IMG/VR virus record: IMGVR_UViG_3300027708_000104
Coordinates: 1 to 49,745 of that record
Direction: 5' to 3' (one strand)
Source of the DNA: a virus
Taxonomy: Duplodnaviria; Caudoviricetes
DNA: 49,745 nucleotides
The position numbers and the translations under genes are program-made. The notes below the pieces were generated by a model. It ran no database searches. It was not told the origin of the DNA and saw only the letters and a program-made list of their open reading frames with translations. This document shows positions 46,602 to 49,745 of this stretch, piece after piece (the first letter of the stretch is position 1; every line of letters starts with the position of its first letter).

Positions 46602-48365
46602 ATGGCTCTTACATACCTATTTAATGGAGGAACAAGTTGGGTTGTACCGCCCAATGTGCTTTCTATTCAAGTTGATTGCTATGGAAGTTCTCCAGCTCAA
46701 TCGTATAGTACTGTATCGCAATTAAATATCAACAATGGTGGTGCTTTCTCGCGCAGTACTAATATAAATGTAACGCCTGGCCAAACCGTTTACTTTAGTA
46801 TTTCAACTTCTGGTGGCGATACTTGGTTTAATTCTGTTTCAAATTTAAATCCAATTACTGGTGGATACAACACAAGTCAAGGAACTTTAGCAAAGGGTGG
46901 TTCTACATCTCCATCAACCCAAACTACTCTTGGTTTGGGGGATTTAAAGTATGCAGGTGGTAATGGTTATTACAGTGCAACTACAACAACCAAATCGACT
47001 GGTCAAGGCGGACAGGCGGGGCCTAATGGTAATGGTGCGGATGCGGGACCAGCATATACAAACTCTGGGACATATGCGAGTCAATTTGGTACTGGGGGTG
47101 GCGCAAATGGGGGATCCTCTGGTGGATTGAACACCATACCAACAGGCAGGGGTGGTTCTACAACTGTTGGCAATGGCGGGTATTCATCTAGTATTTACAG
47201 TGGTAGTCTAACAGGTTTTCCAACAATTGATACTCTTGGCAGTACGGATTATGTAAATAATATTGCTTGTTCAATACCATATGGCCCAGTTGGCGGTGGT
47301 TGGGGATTTTCAGCATCAATTTGTTGTGTTATTAAGTATGCACAAATCGTGCAATTGGGTTTTATAGTTGTCACCGTAACTTCGCAAACTACAAACAATA
47401 GGGTAATTATTAAACAGGATGGATCAGGATCATTTACCCTGCCCTCTGATTTTTCTTCAATTGTTTCATTAGAAGCATTGGGAGCTGGGGGAGCACCAAA
47501 TACATATTTTAATTATTATGGTGGAAATGGTGCTGGAGCATATTCAAAAACAACTTCATCTTTAACAGTTTCGGCTTCGCCTGGGACAACCGTCTATTAC
47601 AACGCCGACACAAGAAGCAATCAAGGATCATCTTGGATAAGAGTTGGAACAGCGGGGCCACCAACAAGCGCAACAGATGGAGTTAAGGCTGAGAGTGGCA
47701 AAGTAGCAAGCAGTGCTACTGGCGTTTCTGGTGGATTATCAAGTAATGGTATAGGCGATGTTTTATATAGTGGTGGATCTGGGGGAAATGGTAATAGCTC
47801 AAGTAATTGGGGCGGAAATGGCGGAGCGGCGGGTGCGGCTGGAAAAGGTGGTTCTGGTGGCGCATCATATTCTGGAGCATCAGGCAAAGGAGGTGGCGGT
47901 AGTGGTGGAGCAAACAATGGCTCAAATGGCGGTGCTGGCACATTAACAGCTGGAGGTGCGGGAGGCGCATGTAATGCCACTGGTGGCGGTACTGGAGGTG
48001 CGGGCGCAACTTCTTCAACAAGTTATTTCGCGGGTACTAATGGGGGCGGTACTGGCGGAACTTTTAATTCAGGTTTCAGTACTACTGCTTTAAATAGTGT
48101 TTTTTCTGATGGAATACGCTCATATGGTTCTGGGTATGGAAATCGTTCTTATTATTCCGCATATCAACCAGTTTCTAGTGGATGGAATGTAAGAAATGTA
48201 ATTCCAGATGTAACACAGTTTTCAACTGGTGCCGCTGGTGGTTCAAATCCTGCACTTTGTTGCGGTCCTCCGAATGAAACAGCCATGTCAAATGGTGGAT
48301 GGGTCATTCTTACTTACAATGCCGTTGTTTCAACAACTGGTGCAAAATTTTTACAATTTTTTTAA
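46602..48365 (+). CDS. Glycine-rich tail fibre / receptor-binding protein with two repeated domains
   Basis: SWVVPPNV...VTPGQTVY and SFTLPSDF...ASPGTTVY; ends GWVILTY...FLQFF. Confidence 0.65.
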   Translation: MALTYLFNGGTSWVVPPNVLSIQVDCYGSSPAQSYSTVSQLNINNGGAFSRSTNINVTPGQTVYFSISTSGGDTWFNSVSNLNPITGGYNTSQGTLAKGGSTSPSTQTTLGLGDLKYAGGNGYYSATTTTKSTGQGGQAGPNGNGADAGPAYTNSGTYASQFGTGGGANGGSSGGLNTIPTGRGGSTTVGNGGYSSSIYSGSLTGFPTIDTLGSTDYVNNIACSIPYGPVGGGWGFSASICCVIKYAQIVQLGFIVVTVTSQTTNNRVIIKQDGSGSFTLPSDFSSIVSLEALGAGGAPNTYFNYYGGNGAGAYSKTTSSLTVSASPGTTVYYNADTRSNQGSSWIRVGTAGPPTSATDGVKAESGKVASSATGVSGGLSSNGIGDVLYSGGSGGNGNSSSNWGGNGGAAGAAGKGGSGGASYSGASGKGGGGSGGANNGSNGGAGTLTAGGAGGACNATGGGTGGAGATSSTSYFAGTNGGGTGGTFNSGFSTTALNSVFSDGIRSYGSGYGNRSYYSAYQPVSSGWNVRNVIPDVTQFSTGAAGGSNPALCCGPPNETAMSNGGWVILTYNAVVSTTGAKFLQFF

Positions 48366-48374
48366 GGATCAATC

Positions 48375-48524
48375 ATGGAATCAATTCTAATAACTACACA
48401 AACTTTAAACAAAATTATGGGTTACTTGGGTACACGCCCATATCAAGAGGTCTTCCAACTGATTGAAGCAATCCAAGAAGAGGCAAAGAATCAACCAAAA
48501 TCTGAAGAGGCTGAAGATGCTTGA
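48375..48524 (+). CDS. Small protein (49 aa), not in ORF track
   Basis: MESILITTQTLNKIMGYLGTRPYQEVFQLIEAIQEEA..., with TAAGGA RBS. Confidence 0.7.
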   Translation: MESILITTQTLNKIMGYLGTRPYQEVFQLIEAIQEEAKNQPKSEEAEDA

Positions 48525-48714
48525 AGATACAGACACACGCATAGCCGTTCATGAGGCTATTTGCGCTGAGAGATATAAGCGCATAGAAGAGTCTCTTGCA
48601 AAGGGTGAGGAGCGCATGACAAAGATAGAGTACTTGCTCTATGGCGTGATTGCTTGCATTTTGCTGGGGCCAGGCGTCGCCGCAGAAGTAATCAAGAAAT
48701 TGTTCGGGGTGTGA
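48517..48714 (+). CDS. XhlA-like membrane protein of the lysis module
   Basis: HEAICAERY coiled coil followed by a C-terminal TM helix. Confidence 0.6.
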   Translation: MLEDTDTRIAVHEAICAERYKRIEESLAKGEERMTKIEYLLYGVIACILLGPGVAAEVIKKLFGV

Positions 48715-48715
48715 C

Positions 48716-49288
48716 ATTGAGCCAACCCTTATCTTTGGCGCCTGCAAACTTGCCTACGAAGGAATCAAGTCGGCGGTTGAGGCGTATCAAGACATCAAGA
48801 GGACTGGCGGTGAGGTTGCGGGTATCGCTGGTGAAGTCGGTGGGCTACTCTCGCAATTCTTTCACGGTCAAGATCAGCTAGAAGAAGAGCATAAAAAGAA
48901 GCAAGAAGAGACAAAAGAATTAGCTAAGCAGGGAAAAGTCAAGAATGTAACCATGCGGGCGATTGACAACGTAATGCATGTCAGACAAGTAAGACAGTAT
49001 TACAAAGACTTGGAGCACATGGTTCGCTACGAGTTGGGTATGCCAGATTTATGGGTAGAGATAAAAGAAGAACGCGACAGACTCATAAATGAGGCACGAG
49101 AGGTTGAACTGCTACATAAACGAGCTAAAGAACAAGAAGAACTAAAAAGGCAAGAGAAGTTTAGGAGAATCAAGCAGAAAATACATATTTACATAGCAAG
49201 TCTAATTGCTGTCGTTTATGTGTACATTTCTATTTGGTTATTAACTTTATTAGTTGAATATGACAGGGAATGGCGATGGGGGTATTGA
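48716..49288 (+). CDS. Coiled-coil membrane protein with probable ATT start
   Basis: Frame of ORF 48953 stays open back to TAA 48689; reads IEPTLIFGACKLAYEGIKSAVE...; C-terminal TM. Confidence 0.55.
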   Translation: MEPTLIFGACKLAYEGIKSAVEAYQDIKRTGGEVAGIAGEVGGLLSQFFHGQDQLEEEHKKKQEETKELAKQGKVKNVTMRAIDNVMHVRQVRQYYKDLEHMVRYELGMPDLWVEIKEERDRLINEAREVELLHKRAKEQEELKRQEKFRRIKQKIHIYIASLIAVVYVYISIWLLTLLVEYDREWRWGY

Positions 49289-49428
49289 TATGGGAAATTG
49301 CTGTTATGGTAGTTGTCACCATACTTATCGCTGTGGTGGTAATTTGCGCGTCTTGGTTTGTGCGTGAGCATGACAAGAGGGCTGATTACTATAAGAAGCA
49401 AGCTGAAATTTGTTGGAGAGAGAAATGA
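49270..49428 (+). CDS. Small membrane protein
   Basis: MAMGVLIWEIAVMVVVTILIAVVVICASWFVREH...; stop overlaps the next ATG. Confidence 0.5.
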   Translation: MAMGVLIWEIAVMVVVTILIAVVVICASWFVREHDKRADYYKKQAEICWREK

Positions 49429-49745
49429 ATGAACTATTTAACATACTCAAGGGTGTTGCGCCAGCACTTGCGACTGCTGTTGCTGGCCCTCTTGGTGGCG
49501 CGGCGGTGTCCGCTTTGGCTAACAAGTTTGGTGTTGCCGACTCTGTTGAGTCAGTTGCAAAAGCCATTGCGGGTGATCCGCAAGCGGCGCAAAAGTTAGC
49601 AGAGCTAGAGTTAGAGTATGCTAAGTTAGACGCCGCAGACAGGGATTCTGCGCGCAAGAATGAAGCCGCTCTTGCCACAAGTTCAAACACGCCACTACTT
49701 AACAAATCTGTTACTCCGATTCTTGCATTAGCTGTTGTAATAGCT
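49425..49745 (+). CDS. Holin-like protein (GTA 3TM type), 3'-truncated
   Basis: MNELFNILKGVAPALATAVAGPLGGAAV...DRDSARK...TPILALAVV. Confidence 0.65.
   Translation, partial: MNELFNILKGVAPALATAVAGPLGGAAVSALANKFGVADSVESVAKAIAGDPQAAQKLAELELEYAKLDAADRDSARKNEAALATSSNTPLLNKSVTPILALAVVIA

Noticed and set aside
46602-48365. GG dipeptides in the fibre and TTGGG linker as members of the GG motif
   Set aside because: Mostly explained by Gly-rich composition without the basic or aromatic prefix. One LAKGG was noted but not counted.
1-49745. tRNA genes, stop-codon reassignment, DGR, integrase/att sites
   Set aside because: No cloverleaf noticed by eye. Standard-code ORFs tile the genome densely. No reverse transcriptase or recombinase motifs were seen.

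Overview
This is almost the whole genome of a tailed dsDNA phage with podovirus-like (P22/T7-style) gene order, linearised inside the tail nozzle gene. The order is: ejection/internal virion genes (0.9-8.8 kb); a leftward exonuclease/SSB operon; Cro-like, ParB-like, SF2 helicase and TOPRIM primase genes; a ~560-nt structured non-coding region; small early/middle genes with RuvC, a C5 DNA methyltransferase and a Ref-like HNH nuclease; a reverse GNAT/metallophosphoesterase cassette; terminases; two polyvalent cargo proteins; portal, GroES-like, scaffold and capsid genes; adaptor; tail fibres; lysis genes. I recognised no integrase, CI repressor, DNA polymerase, tRNA or CRISPR array. The main candidates for new biology are: (1) a double-glycine motif ([KYFMA]-[AKN]-x-G-G), about 30 copies in 8 late proteins, that marks module boundaries and suggests a polyprotein processing or cargo-loading system; (2) a large + strand RNA with long G-U-containing stems downstream of the primase; (3) a 17-bp palindrome present four times, once inside the parB-like gene. 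The major capsid gene has a 1-nt frameshift, probably a sequence error. All functional calls come from motif recognition and synteny; no database search was run.
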